Positions 9,294-17,327 of a stretch of 64,000 nt of DNA are shown in pieces. The DNA lies in contig CAXNJO010000008.1 of NCBI GenBank assembly GCA_964202905.1, positions 96,001-160,000 of the forward strand. The letters are read 5' to 3'. The notes beneath the pieces are model-generated. The model made no database searches. It saw only the letters and a program-made list of their open reading frames with translations, and had not been told where the DNA came from. Both the position numbers and the translations under genes were made by a program. Origin of the DNA: Polyangiales bacterium. Its GTDB lineage: Bacteria; Myxococcota_A; Polyangia; Polyangiales; JADJQN01. Positions within the stretch are counted from its first letter, which is position 1. Each line of letters starts with the position of its first letter.

Positions 9294-10369
9294 TCACGGC
9301 GCCTCGCACACGAAGTAGTTCGACTCGCCGCAGCGCGAGTCGTTCCAGCGGGGATTGTCGTAGAGGTTCAACTCCACGCAGTCCTCGCCGCCGCCGCCGT
9401 AGGAGTTGCTCGGCTCGCCCTCGAGCCAGTAGGTGAACGTGCTCGGGGACCCGCTGGTCCACGCGAAGCTGCCCTCGGTGCCGGTGTCGCTGTAGCCGAT
9501 CCACCACTGGCGGAACGTCTCGTCGCGACGGGCGTTCGCGAAGAGCCAGTCGGACTCGGCGGCGTCCTCGACCGTGGCGAGGTGATAGCCGCGGCGCATG
9601 CACTCGGCTTCCGCGTCCGCGAAGTTCGCGCCGTTCTCGCAGAACAGATACGTGCTGCTCTCGCGTCGTCGCAGCGGGCACGGGCACGCGTCGCCGTCAT
9701 CGATCGACGCCGTTGCAGTCGTCGTCGACGCCGTTGCACGGATCGGTCGCGCCCGGGTAGGCCGTGCCGGCCGCGTCGTCACAGTCGTCGACTCGGGCCC
9801 TGCGAGGAAGTTCCGGGCGGCGCCACACACGCGCCGACGCCCACGCCACCGAGCGCGTGTCCGTCCCCGTCGGCGTCCGGATAGAACGTGCGCGCATCGA
9901 TCGCGTCGGCCTCGTTCGTCTCGCCGTCGCAGTCGTCGTCGGACTCGGTGTCACAGCGCTCGGGCGTGTCGTCGCTCACGTCGTCGCAGATGACCGCGCC
10001 GCCCCCGCAGATCCGCGTCCCTTCGGGACAGCGGTCGCTGTCGAGGCCGTCGCACGGCACGCCGACCTCGGGGTCGGCCATGCCGTCGGGCGTGCTCGGA
10101 TCGCAGTCGTCGTCGCGTCCGTTGCACACATCGGGCGAGACGAGGCACTCGCAGCCGTCGAGCGGATCGCCGTTGAGGTCGGCCGTACCCGCGGGGCAGA
10201 GGGACGCGTCGGGCTCGGGCAAGTCGGCGTCGTCCGAGGCGTCGCGGTCGGGCGGCCCCGCGTCGCGTGCGCCGGCGTCAGTGACGGCGGCGTCGTCCAC
10301 GGCGAGCCCGCCGCGCGCGACCGTGCAGGCGCACAACGCCACGGCGACGAGCGCTTGGACCAACCCCAT
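9294..10369 (-). CDS. Lipoprotein with Asp/Cys-rich putative metal-binding (MopE-like) repeats and a C-terminal C-type lectin domain; frameshifted at about 9800 and 9705
   Basis: CNGRDDDCD, YPDADGDG and CNGVDDDCNG repeats spread over three frames; CTLD motifs WIG, EPS, EDC and WNDxxC. Confidence 0.75.
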
Positions 10370-10485
10370 CCATGGGAGCGACCGCGACGCGCGAGGGGAC
10401 GTCCGCACCGCGCGAGATTACACCGATCGCGACGCGACGCGTCAGCGCGAACGCGCGTCGGTGGGCGCCTGCCGAGCGGCGCGAG

Positions 10486-10893
10486 TCACGAGTCCGCAGG
10501 TGCCGGATCCGTCGGGCGCAGCGCCTCGGGCGGCTCGCTGAGCCGCGCCGCGCACCGGCCCTCGTGGCAGAGGCAGCCGCCCCCACAATCGAGCGTGCCG
10601 AAGCGGCAGTCCTGCGTGCACAACGCCTCCCCGCATGCGGGCGCGTTCGCGCGGCCGACGCAGGCCGCCGCGTGACAACATCCCGCCGGGACGCAGTCGG
10701 CGTCCGTCTCGCAGGCGTCCTCCGACATCACGAGCCCCTGCGCGGCGGGCGTCGCGGGCTCGGCGCCGGCCGTGTCCGGCGCGGTCCGAGCGCTGAATCG
10801 GATCGGGGTGTCGGCGTCGCCGTGCCCGGAGCCGCACGCCGCGAGGAGGGCCGTGCCGAACAGCGTCGCGCAGAGCCACCCGCCCGCGCGCAT
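10486..10893 (-). CDS. Small Cys-rich lipoprotein
   Basis: Lipobox LLAAC; CETDADCVPAGCCHAAAC...CTQDC...CLCHEGRC; TGATG overlap with the lysyl oxidase gene. Confidence 0.7.
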   Translation of the reverse strand: MRAGGWLCATLFGTALLAACGSGHGDADTPIRFSARTAPDTAGAEPATPAAQGLVMSEDACETDADCVPAGCCHAAACVGRANAPACGEALCTQDCRFGTLDCGGGCLCHEGRCAARLSEPPEALRPTDPAPADS

Positions 10894-12179
10894 CACGGCG
10901 CCACCGCCACGGTGCAGGTCGCGGCCTCGTCTGAGCGATACGGCCCCCAGAGCACGTTGTACGTCCCGCTCGCGGGGCACGTGAACGTCGCCTGCGAGCA
11001 GACGTCGCCGTCGCGGCAGCCGGAGTCGTCGTTCCGCGCGAGCGAGCCGCGCGTGCCGCAGGGCTCGGTGCCCTCGCAGACGCGCAGCACGGTGTCGCCC
11101 GTGCAGGACCCGGCGCCGCACGCGGCCGAGCAGCCGAGACGCACCATCGCGCCAGGCGTACACGTGAAGTCGCCGCCGTCCGTGAGGCCGCAGCCGCGGT
11201 CCGCGCCCTGCGACGCGCGGTCGCACGGCGCCGTCGCGTCGCTCGTGATGTCCCGCGGGATCGTCACCGGCACCTCGACGACGTTGTTCTCGTAGTTCGA
11301 CTCGAGCAGGATGTGCGCGGTGTTGATCGCGATCCGCAGCGCGTAATCCCCGGGCGGCACATCCGTCACGTCGACCCACTGGCAGTCGAGGTCACGCCCG
11401 TAGACGTCCTGCCAGCCCCGCGCGATGCCCTGGTTGCCGCAGTCGTAGCGCGCGCCTCCCGAGTCGGTGCCCGGGTAGCGGTAGAAGTCGAGCAGGCAGA
11501 AGGCCTGCTTGTGGCCGGTCGCGGCGAGCTCGCCGCCCGTGTCGCGCAGTTCGTACTCGGCGTACGTGTTGAAATGGTAGTGCGCGTGGCACGCGGAGTA
11601 CTCGAAGTAGTCGATCGAGTCGCTCGGCGGTCCGAGGTACATGTCGGCGGTGCCGGTGTTGGGCGTCCACGTGTCGAAGCGGAGCAGGCGACGCCACCCG
11701 GAGCGCACGACGCAGCCCTCGACGATCGCGCAGTCGCCCTCGGGGAAGTTCTGCCACTCGACCGCGTAGTTCTCGACCACCTTCGATTCATCGACGAAGA
11801 GGTCCGCGGCCGGACACGCGCCGCCGTCCTCGCGCGCGACGCAGGCGAACGTGCCGTCTTGCGGGCTGCAGCACTCGGTCGCTGCGCACTCGGGCGTGCA
11901 GCGCCCGAGCCAATCGCCGTCGCATTCGATCCCGCTCACGGGATCGCAACCCTCGGGCATCGCCGCGTCGCTGCGGGGCCCGAGGTCGCGCCCACCACCT
12001 GCATCCGCGGGGCCTAGGTCGCGTATCGGGCCCCCGTCCGCCGGGCCCGCGTCCAAGCGTCCACCGTCGAGGCCGAGGTCCGGGCCGGCGGGGGCGTCGT
12101 CGTCATCCCCGCAGGCCGCGAGCGCGGTAGCGAGCACGCCGATCACGAGGAACGTCGAGCTGGGAAGGGACGCGCGCAT
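10893..12179 (-). CDS. Lysyl oxidase family lipoprotein with a C-terminal Cys-rich PPC-like domain
   Basis: RRLLRFD, CHAHYHF (Cu ligands), GHKQAFCLLD (LTQ Lys), QGIARGWQDVY (LTQ Tyr), LDCQWVDVTDVPPGDY, ESNYENN; lipobox LAAC. Confidence 0.9.
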   Translation of the reverse strand: MRASLPSSTFLVIGVLATALAACGDDDDAPAGPDLGLDGGRLDAGPADGGPIRDLGPADAGGGRDLGPRSDAAMPEGCDPVSGIECDGDWLGRCTPECAATECCSPQDGTFACVAREDGGACPAADLFVDESKVVENYAVEWQNFPEGDCAIVEGCVVRSGWRRLLRFDTWTPNTGTADMYLGPPSDSIDYFEYSACHAHYHFNTYAEYELRDTGGELAATGHKQAFCLLDFYRYPGTDSGGARYDCGNQGIARGWQDVYGRDLDCQWVDVTDVPPGDYALRIAINTAHILLESNYENNVVEVPVTIPRDITSDATAPCDRASQGADRGCGLTDGGDFTCTPGAMVRLGCSAACGAGSCTGDTVLRVCEGTEPCGTRGSLARNDDSGCRDGDVCSQATFTCPASGTYNVLWGPYRSDEAATCTVAVAP

Positions 12180-12193
12180 CGCGGGACCTCATC

Positions 12194-12320
12194 ACGACCC
12201 CGTGCCGCACGCAATGACCCCGTGCCGCACGCAATGACCCCGTGCCGCACGCAACGACCCCGTGCCGCACGCAACGACCCCGTGCCGCACGCAACGACGC
12301 CGTGCCGCATGCAACGACGC
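12194..12320. repeat. 20-bp tandem repeat AYGACCCCGTGCCGCACGCA, 6 full copies plus a partial copy
   Basis: Units start at 12194, 12214, 12234, 12254, 12274 and 12294 (last copy degenerate); no spacers. Confidence 0.95.
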
Positions 12321-12339
12321 GGAGCAGGGCGCGGCGTCG

Positions 12340-13071
12340 TCAGACCTTGCGGTACACGCCGACGACGACGCCGAGGAGCTGCGTGCTGCGCCAATCGCTC
12401 CGCGAGACGAGGATCGGTGCCATCGTGTGGTTCTCCGGCTGGAGCCGCACGTGGTCGCGCTCAGGGAAGTAGCGCTTGCACGTGGCCTCGTCGCCGACGA
12501 GCGCGACGACGATGTCCCCGCGGCGGGCCTCGAGCTGCTTGCGCACGAAGACGTAGTCGCCGTGGTGGATGCCGGCCTCGATCATCGACTCGCCGCTGAT
12601 ACGCAGCCCAAACACGTCGCGCCCGCCGCCCCCGCCGATGAGCATGCGGTCGATGCGCACGCAGTCTTCCGGCTCGGCGTGCGAGAAGTCGATGGCCTCG
12701 CTCAGCGCGCCCGCCGCGACGCGGCCGAGGATCGGCACCTCGAGGATGTCGTCCGACACGGCGTACCGGCCCGTGGGCTCGGCGCCGGGCGCGCCGTCCC
12801 TCGTGCGGCCCTCGGCGGGCACGTCGGCCGCGCGCAGGTCGGCGAGCATGGACTGCGCGAGCGTCGTCGGGCGCAGCGTGCGCGACTTCATGTCCTCGCG
12901 CGTGAGGAAGCCCTTCCGCTCGAGGGCGCGGAGGTGGTCGTTCACCCCGTTCGTGCTGCGGATCCCCATCACGTTGCCGATCTCGCGCAGCGTGGGCGGA
13001 TACCCGTTGTCGTCGATCGCGCGGAGGATGTATTCGAGCACTTTACGCTGCCGCTCGGTGAGCTGTTGCAT
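12340..13071 (-). CDS. lexA: LexA transcriptional repressor
   Basis: LTERQ...GYPPTLREI wHTH; VAAG cleavage site; GESM catalytic Ser; TCKR catalytic Lys. Confidence 0.97.
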   Translation of the reverse strand: MQQLTERQRKVLEYILRAIDDNGYPPTLREIGNVMGIRSTNGVNDHLRALERKGFLTREDMKSRTLRPTTLAQSMLADLRAADVPAEGRTRDGAPGAEPTGRYAVSDDILEVPILGRVAAGALSEAIDFSHAEPEDCVRIDRMLIGGGGGRDVFGLRISGESMIEAGIHHGDYVFVRKQLEARRGDIVVALVGDEATCKRYFPERDHVRLQPENHTMAPILVSRSDWRSTQLLGVVVGVYRKV

Positions 13072-13152
13072 GGCGCGTGATCTCCCGGGGGGCGAGCCGG
13101 TGTGCGGGAATCCTGTACGGATGACCCCTGCGCGTCCGGATAGGTCCGGCGA

Positions 13153-13198
13153 GTGAAACCACGCTTCACGCATCGTGTCAAATGATCAGCGCTGTACA
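13153..13198 (-). promoter_or_regulatory. Candidate lexA promoter (TTGACA at 13181-13176) flanked by two palindromes, putative operators
   Basis: Perfect -35 on the minus strand; GTGAA-N7-TTCAC at 13153-13169; TGATCAGCGCTGTACA at 13183-13198. Confidence 0.5.
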
Positions 13199-13297
13199 CC
13201 TGCGCGGGTGATGGCGGGGTGGGACGTCGCGGCGCGCGTGCGCAGATCGAACACCGCGCCCGTCCGTCGCAGCGCGGGCACCCACGGAGACCGCCCC

Positions 13298-15625
13298 ATG
13301 CCCATCCACGCCTCCCTCCGCGCGCTCGTGTTCGCCGCGCTCCTCGCGTCCGTCTGCGCGCTCGCCGCGCCCGGGCGCGCGCACGCCGTCGGCGTGCTCT
13401 TGCCGACGCAGGTCGAGCTCGAGCCGCTCGCCATCCGCAGCCACCGCGTGCGCGTCACCGTGCGCGAGCGATCCGCGGAGACGCGCGTCGAGCAGGTCTT
13501 CCGCAACCACACGGGGCAGCGACTCGAGGCGACCTACGTCTTCCCCGTGCCAGCAGGCGCGACGGTGAGCGGCTTCGCGATGTGGGTGAACGGTCAGCGT
13601 TTGCAGGGCGAGCTGCTCGACGCGGCACAGGCGCGCGGAATCTACGAGCAGATCGTCGCGCGCATGCGTGATCCGGGGCTGCTCGAGTCGATGGGCGGCA
13701 ATCTCTTTCGCGCCCGCGTCTTCCCGATCGAGCCGAACAGCGATCAGCGCGTCGAGATCAGCTTCACGCAGGCGCTCGACTACCAGGCCGGCGTCGTCCA
13801 CTACCGCTACCCGCTGAAGATGTCCGGCCGCGCTGCGCGCACGCTCGAAGACCTCACGATCTCCGCGGAGATCGTCTCGCGCACGCCCATCCGCGCCGTG
13901 TACTCGCCGACGCACGCCATCTCCGTCTCGCGGCCCGACGACCACCGCGCGGTCGTCGGCTTCGAGGCGCAGCGCGCGACGCTCGACACCGACTTCGACC
14001 TCTACTACGCGGTGCAAGACCGCGACGTCGGGCTCTCGCTGCTCACGCACCGCGAGTCGGGCGACGAGGGCTATTTCCTCGCGATGATCGCGCCGCCCGC
14101 GGAGATCGCCGAGCGCGAGATCGCGGCGAAGGAGGTGCTCTTCGTCTTCGACACCTCGGGCTCGATGGCGGGCGAGAAGCTCGAGCGCGCGCGCACCGCG
14201 CTCGACGGCATGCTCGCGCGGCTGCGCTCCGCCGATCGCTTCCAGGTGCTGCGCTTCTCGACGGATGTCGAGGCGCTCTTCGACGGCGGCCGCAGCGCCG
14301 AGGCCACGCCCGACAACATCGCGCGCGCCCGCCGCTTCGCGCGCGGCTTCGCGGCCGCGGGCGGCACCGCGATCGAGCCCGCGCTCGCCGAGGCCCTGCG
14401 CGCGCCCGCGCAGAGCGGCATGCCGCGCATGGTCGTCTTCCTCACGGACGGGATGCCGACCGTCGGCGAGACGGATCCGGGCCGCATCGTCGAGGCGATT
14501 GGGGCGCGCGTGGGCGACGCGCGGCTCTTCGTGTTCGGCGTCGGTGACGACGTCAACACCACCTTTTTGGATGCCCTCGCGCAGCGCGGCCGCGGCGTCG
14601 GCGACTACTTCCGCGACGGCGCCGAGCTCGAGCGCCGCCTCTCGGTCTTCTACGATCGCATCGCGTACCCGGTGCTCACGGACCTCTCGCTCGCGCTGCC
14701 GGGCGCCGGCGCCTTCGACGTCTATCCGCGCGATCTCGGGCACCTCTACCGCGGCGGGCAGCTCCTCGTCGTCGGGCGCTACCGCGGTGAGGGCTCGAGT
14801 CGCGTCACGCTCGCGGGCAAGCTCGGCGCGGACACGGCGCCGCGCGAGTTCGCCTTCGACGTCGCCTTCCCACGGAGCGAGGCGCAGAACGATTTTCTCC
14901 CGCGCGTCTGGGCCACGCGGAAGATCGGCTATCTGCTCGACGAGATCCGCCTGCACGGCGAGCGCGCGGAGCTGCGCGAGGAGGTCATCGCGCTCTCGCG
15001 CCGCTTCGGCATCGTGACGCCGTACACGAGCTACCTCGTCGCACCCGACAACGAGTACGCGGCCGTGCGTGTCACGGAGGAGCGCGACGACACGCGCGTG
15101 TGGCGCCGTCCGCCGCCCGACAGGCCCATGTCGTCGAGCGCTTCGATGCCCGCGCCGCGTGCAGCAGCGCCCGCCGCCGCGGCGCGCGACTTCGAATCGT
15201 TCGATGCGGCGAGCGTCGGCGCCGCGCGCGGCGGTGGCGGCATGCCCTCCGCGCCTGCGGCGGCGGCACCTTCGGGCGGCATGGGCGACGGCGGACGTCG
15301 TCTCTCGGCGCGGCTGCGCACGATGCGCGAGGCCGAGCGCGCGGGCAGCGACGAGGGGCTCACCGCGCGCTTCGTCGCGGGGCGCACCTTCACGCGCACG
15401 GGCGCGGGCTGGAGCGACGCACGCTACCGCAGCGGGATGCGCGTGCTGCGCATCCGCGCGATGGGCGCCGCCTACTTCGCGGTGCTGCGCGCGCGCCCCG
15501 AACTCGCCACCGCGTTCGCGCTCGGCGATGCGGTCACGGTGGCGCTCGACGCGGAGCGCGCCGTCATCGTGGACCCCTCTGCGCCCGAGGTGTCGGCCGA
15601 CGAGGTCACGCGCTTCCTGCGCTGA
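13298..15625 (+). CDS. Secreted VIT + von Willebrand factor A domain protein
   Basis: Signal peptide (AHA); VIT 'EQVFRN...EATYVFPVP...VSGFAM'; MIDAS motifs DTSGS, GGT, LTDG; VTPYTSYLV. Confidence 0.9.
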   Translation: MPIHASLRALVFAALLASVCALAAPGRAHAVGVLLPTQVELEPLAIRSHRVRVTVRERSAETRVEQVFRNHTGQRLEATYVFPVPAGATVSGFAMWVNGQRLQGELLDAAQARGIYEQIVARMRDPGLLESMGGNLFRARVFPIEPNSDQRVEISFTQALDYQAGVVHYRYPLKMSGRAARTLEDLTISAEIVSRTPIRAVYSPTHAISVSRPDDHRAVVGFEAQRATLDTDFDLYYAVQDRDVGLSLLTHRESGDEGYFLAMIAPPAEIAEREIAAKEVLFVFDTSGSMAGEKLERARTALDGMLARLRSADRFQVLRFSTDVEALFDGGRSAEATPDNIARARRFARGFAAAGGTAIEPALAEALRAPAQSGMPRMVVFLTDGMPTVGETDPGRIVEAIGARVGDARLFVFGVGDDVNTTFLDALAQRGRGVGDYFRDGAELERRLSVFYDRIAYPVLTDLSLALPGAGAFDVYPRDLGHLYRGGQLLVVGRYRGEGSSRVTLAGKLGADTAPREFAFDVAFPRSEAQNDFLPRVWATRKIGYLLDEIRLHGERAELREEVIALSRRFGIVTPYTSYLVAPDNEYAAVRVTEERDDTRVWRRPPPDRPMSSSASMPAPRAAAPAAAARDFESFDAASVGAARGGGGMPSAPAAAAPSGGMGDGGRRLSARLRTMREAERAGSDEGLTARFVAGRTFTRTGAGWSDARYRSGMRVLRIRAMGAAYFAVLRARPELATAFALGDAVTVALDAERAVIVDPSAPEVSADEVTRFLR

Positions 15626-15640
15626 ATGACGATTCAGCGC
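15619..15640. other. Perfect 9-bp inverted repeat over the VIT gene stop codon (hairpin or protein-binding palindrome)
   Basis: GCGCTGAAT-GACG-ATTCAGCGC. Confidence 0.6.
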
Positions 15641-15654
15641 CGGGCGCGGTGAGG

Positions 15655-15724
15655 GCGCGCGTCGCGCGGACGAGCGCGGCGCGCGTCTCCATGTGGCCCC
15701 GCTCGAACAACGCCGACGCGAAGG
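15655..15724. repeat. Left copy of an approx. 60-70 bp imperfect direct repeat (28-bp identical core)
   Basis: GCGCGCGTCGCGCGGACGAGCGCGGCGC at 15655-15682 is identical to 17130-17157; similarity continues through CCCCGCT(T)CGAA..ACGCCGACGC. Confidence 0.85.
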
Positions 15725-15739
15725 CATCGACGCCGCATC

Positions 15740-15945
15740 GGTCTACGGAGAAGGGCACAGGCTGCTTCACGCGCTACGGTCAGGTCGTCGGCAAGATCCA
15801 GAGCGCGACGTTGGGCTGCAGCATCTGGCCGTTCGTCGGGCAGCGTCCCTGGGAGTTGGTCTACTTCCTCACGAGCGTGCGGCATGTCCGCGTGCCGAAG
15901 GCGGAACTCGTGGGTGCACTGGGCCATTCGCCTGTCGACCAGGGT
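15740..15945 (+). pseudogene. Gene fragment resembling the PUA/EVE-like N-terminal domain of restriction/HNH nucleases
   Basis: GCFTRYGQVVGKIQSATLGCSIWP...PWELVYFLTSVRHVRVPKAELVGALGH; no convincing start or C-terminus. Confidence 0.4.
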
Positions 15946-16306
15946 TGCCGGTTCCACTGCGGACCGCGTGCGCGAGCGATGCGGCGCCGCGAGTCGAAGG
16001 CAGGTCAGTCGGACGCACTGAAGACGTTCTTGCCCAACTCCCAATTGCCCGCGCGGCCTGGACGGTCGCCGCGCAGCACTCCCAGTTCCCGACCCCGATC
16101 TCCAAATCGTGATGGAGAGTCCCCAGCTATCGAAGTCGGTGCTGAAAGGCTCCGGGAGAACTCCGCGCTCTCGAAACCGATGTTGAAATCGATTCGGAAA
16201 GCTCCCCGACTCCCACGGGCTGATTCGGAAGGCCGACGGGGCGATTCAGACGGCGCGTGCGGCCGCGTCGTGACCTGAAGCACGGCGCGGTCCCGTCCTG
16301 CGCACC

Positions 16307-16347
16307 TTGACGCCGCCCCTCGCTCCTTGTCATACACCGCGTATGAC
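16307..16347 (+). promoter_or_regulatory. Putative TA promoter with palindromic operator overlapping the -10 region and ATG
   Basis: TTGACG at 16307; GTCATAC-ACCGC-GTATGAC at 16329-16347. Confidence 0.65.
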
Positions 16348-16609
16348 GACCTCGCAGAGGCGGATCAATGCGCGGGTTCCGGCGGAGATCGCGCGCAAGC
16401 TCGCAGTGCTCGAGCGGCGCACCGGGCTCGGGACGACGGAGATCGTGCTCCGCGCGATCGAGCGCTATCACGCGGCCTGCGAGGACGAGGACGCGCAGCC
16501 GGCGGCACTGCTCCGCGAAGCCGGTTTCGTGGGCTGCGCGGAAGGGCCGGCCACGCTCTCGCGCGACTACAAGGCGGAGCTCACGCGCTCGCTCGGGTCG
16601 AAGGCGTGA
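16343..16609 (+). CDS. Ribbon-helix-helix (CopG/VapB-like) antitoxin
   Basis: RINARVPAEIARKLAVLERRTGLGTTEIVLRAIERY; GTGA overlap with the PIN gene. Confidence 0.8.
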   Translation: MTTSQRRINARVPAEIARKLAVLERRTGLGTTEIVLRAIERYHAACEDEDAQPAALLREAGFVGCAEGPATLSRDYKAELTRSLGSKA

Positions 16610-17022
16610 TCCTCGCGGACACGGGGTTCTGGCTCGCGCTCGCCAACCGCGCGGACGTACACCATGCGCGCGCGGTCGCCGCGCTCGGAAAGCACCGTGG
16701 GCCCTTCGTGACGACCTGGCCCGTGATGACGGAGACCTGTCATCTGCTCGCTGCCCGCCTCGGGACGGAGGCAGAGCTCGCCTTCATCCAGAGCGGGGTG
16801 CGCGGCGCGTTCCGCATCTTCGCGCTCGAGCCCACGCACCTGCCGCGCATCGAGGTGCTGATGCGCAAGTACGCGTCGCTCCCCATGGATCTCGCGGACG
16901 CCTCGCTCGTCATCCTCGCCGAGGAATCGGACACCGGCGACATCCTCTCGACCGACGCGCGCGACTTCGGCGCCTATCGCTGGAAGCACCGCAAACCGTT
17001 TCGGAATCGGCTTCTTCCGTGA
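16606..17022 (+). CDS. vapC: PIN-domain toxin, VapC family
   Basis: ILADTG, VMTETCHL, MDLADASL and ILSTDARDF acidic PIN motifs. Confidence 0.92.
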   Translation: MILADTGFWLALANRADVHHARAVAALGKHRGPFVTTWPVMTETCHLLAARLGTEAELAFIQSGVRGAFRIFALEPTHLPRIEVLMRKYASLPMDLADASLVILAEESDTGDILSTDARDFGAYRWKHRKPFRNRLLP

Positions 17023-17129
17023 GGCGTGGCGCATCGACCCCCGGCGCGGCGCGCGGCGGCCGGTCGACGGGGAGGGTGGAGACGCCCTCGGCGGTGAGGC
17101 CGACGGCGGCTGCGAGGGGGCGGCGCTGA

Positions 17130-17191
17130 GCGCGCGTCGCGCGGACGAGCGCGGCGCTCATCCCCCGCTTCGAAGGACGCCGACGCCGAGG
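17130..17191. repeat. Right copy of the direct repeat flanking the TA islet
   Basis: 28-bp identity with 15655-15682 plus downstream similarity. Confidence 0.85.
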
Positions 17192-17327
17192 ACCCCGGCG
17201 CCCGGGTGAGCGCGCGAGGCCCACGTCGCGACACGGGCGGCATCGCGTCGATAGGGCGCGTGCAAACACCCCGCGACGAGTGTGTGACGTCGGCCGCAGG
17301 CGCTCGATCGTCGGTTAGGGAGTCGGT

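Noticed and set aside
12194..12320. Possible CRISPR array
   Set aside because: Units are head-to-tail with no unique spacers, and no cas genes are in the window
12194..12320. Array of functional sigma54 promoters (GGCACG...TTGC on the minus strand)
   Set aside because: GG-to-GC distance is 12 nt, not the required 10
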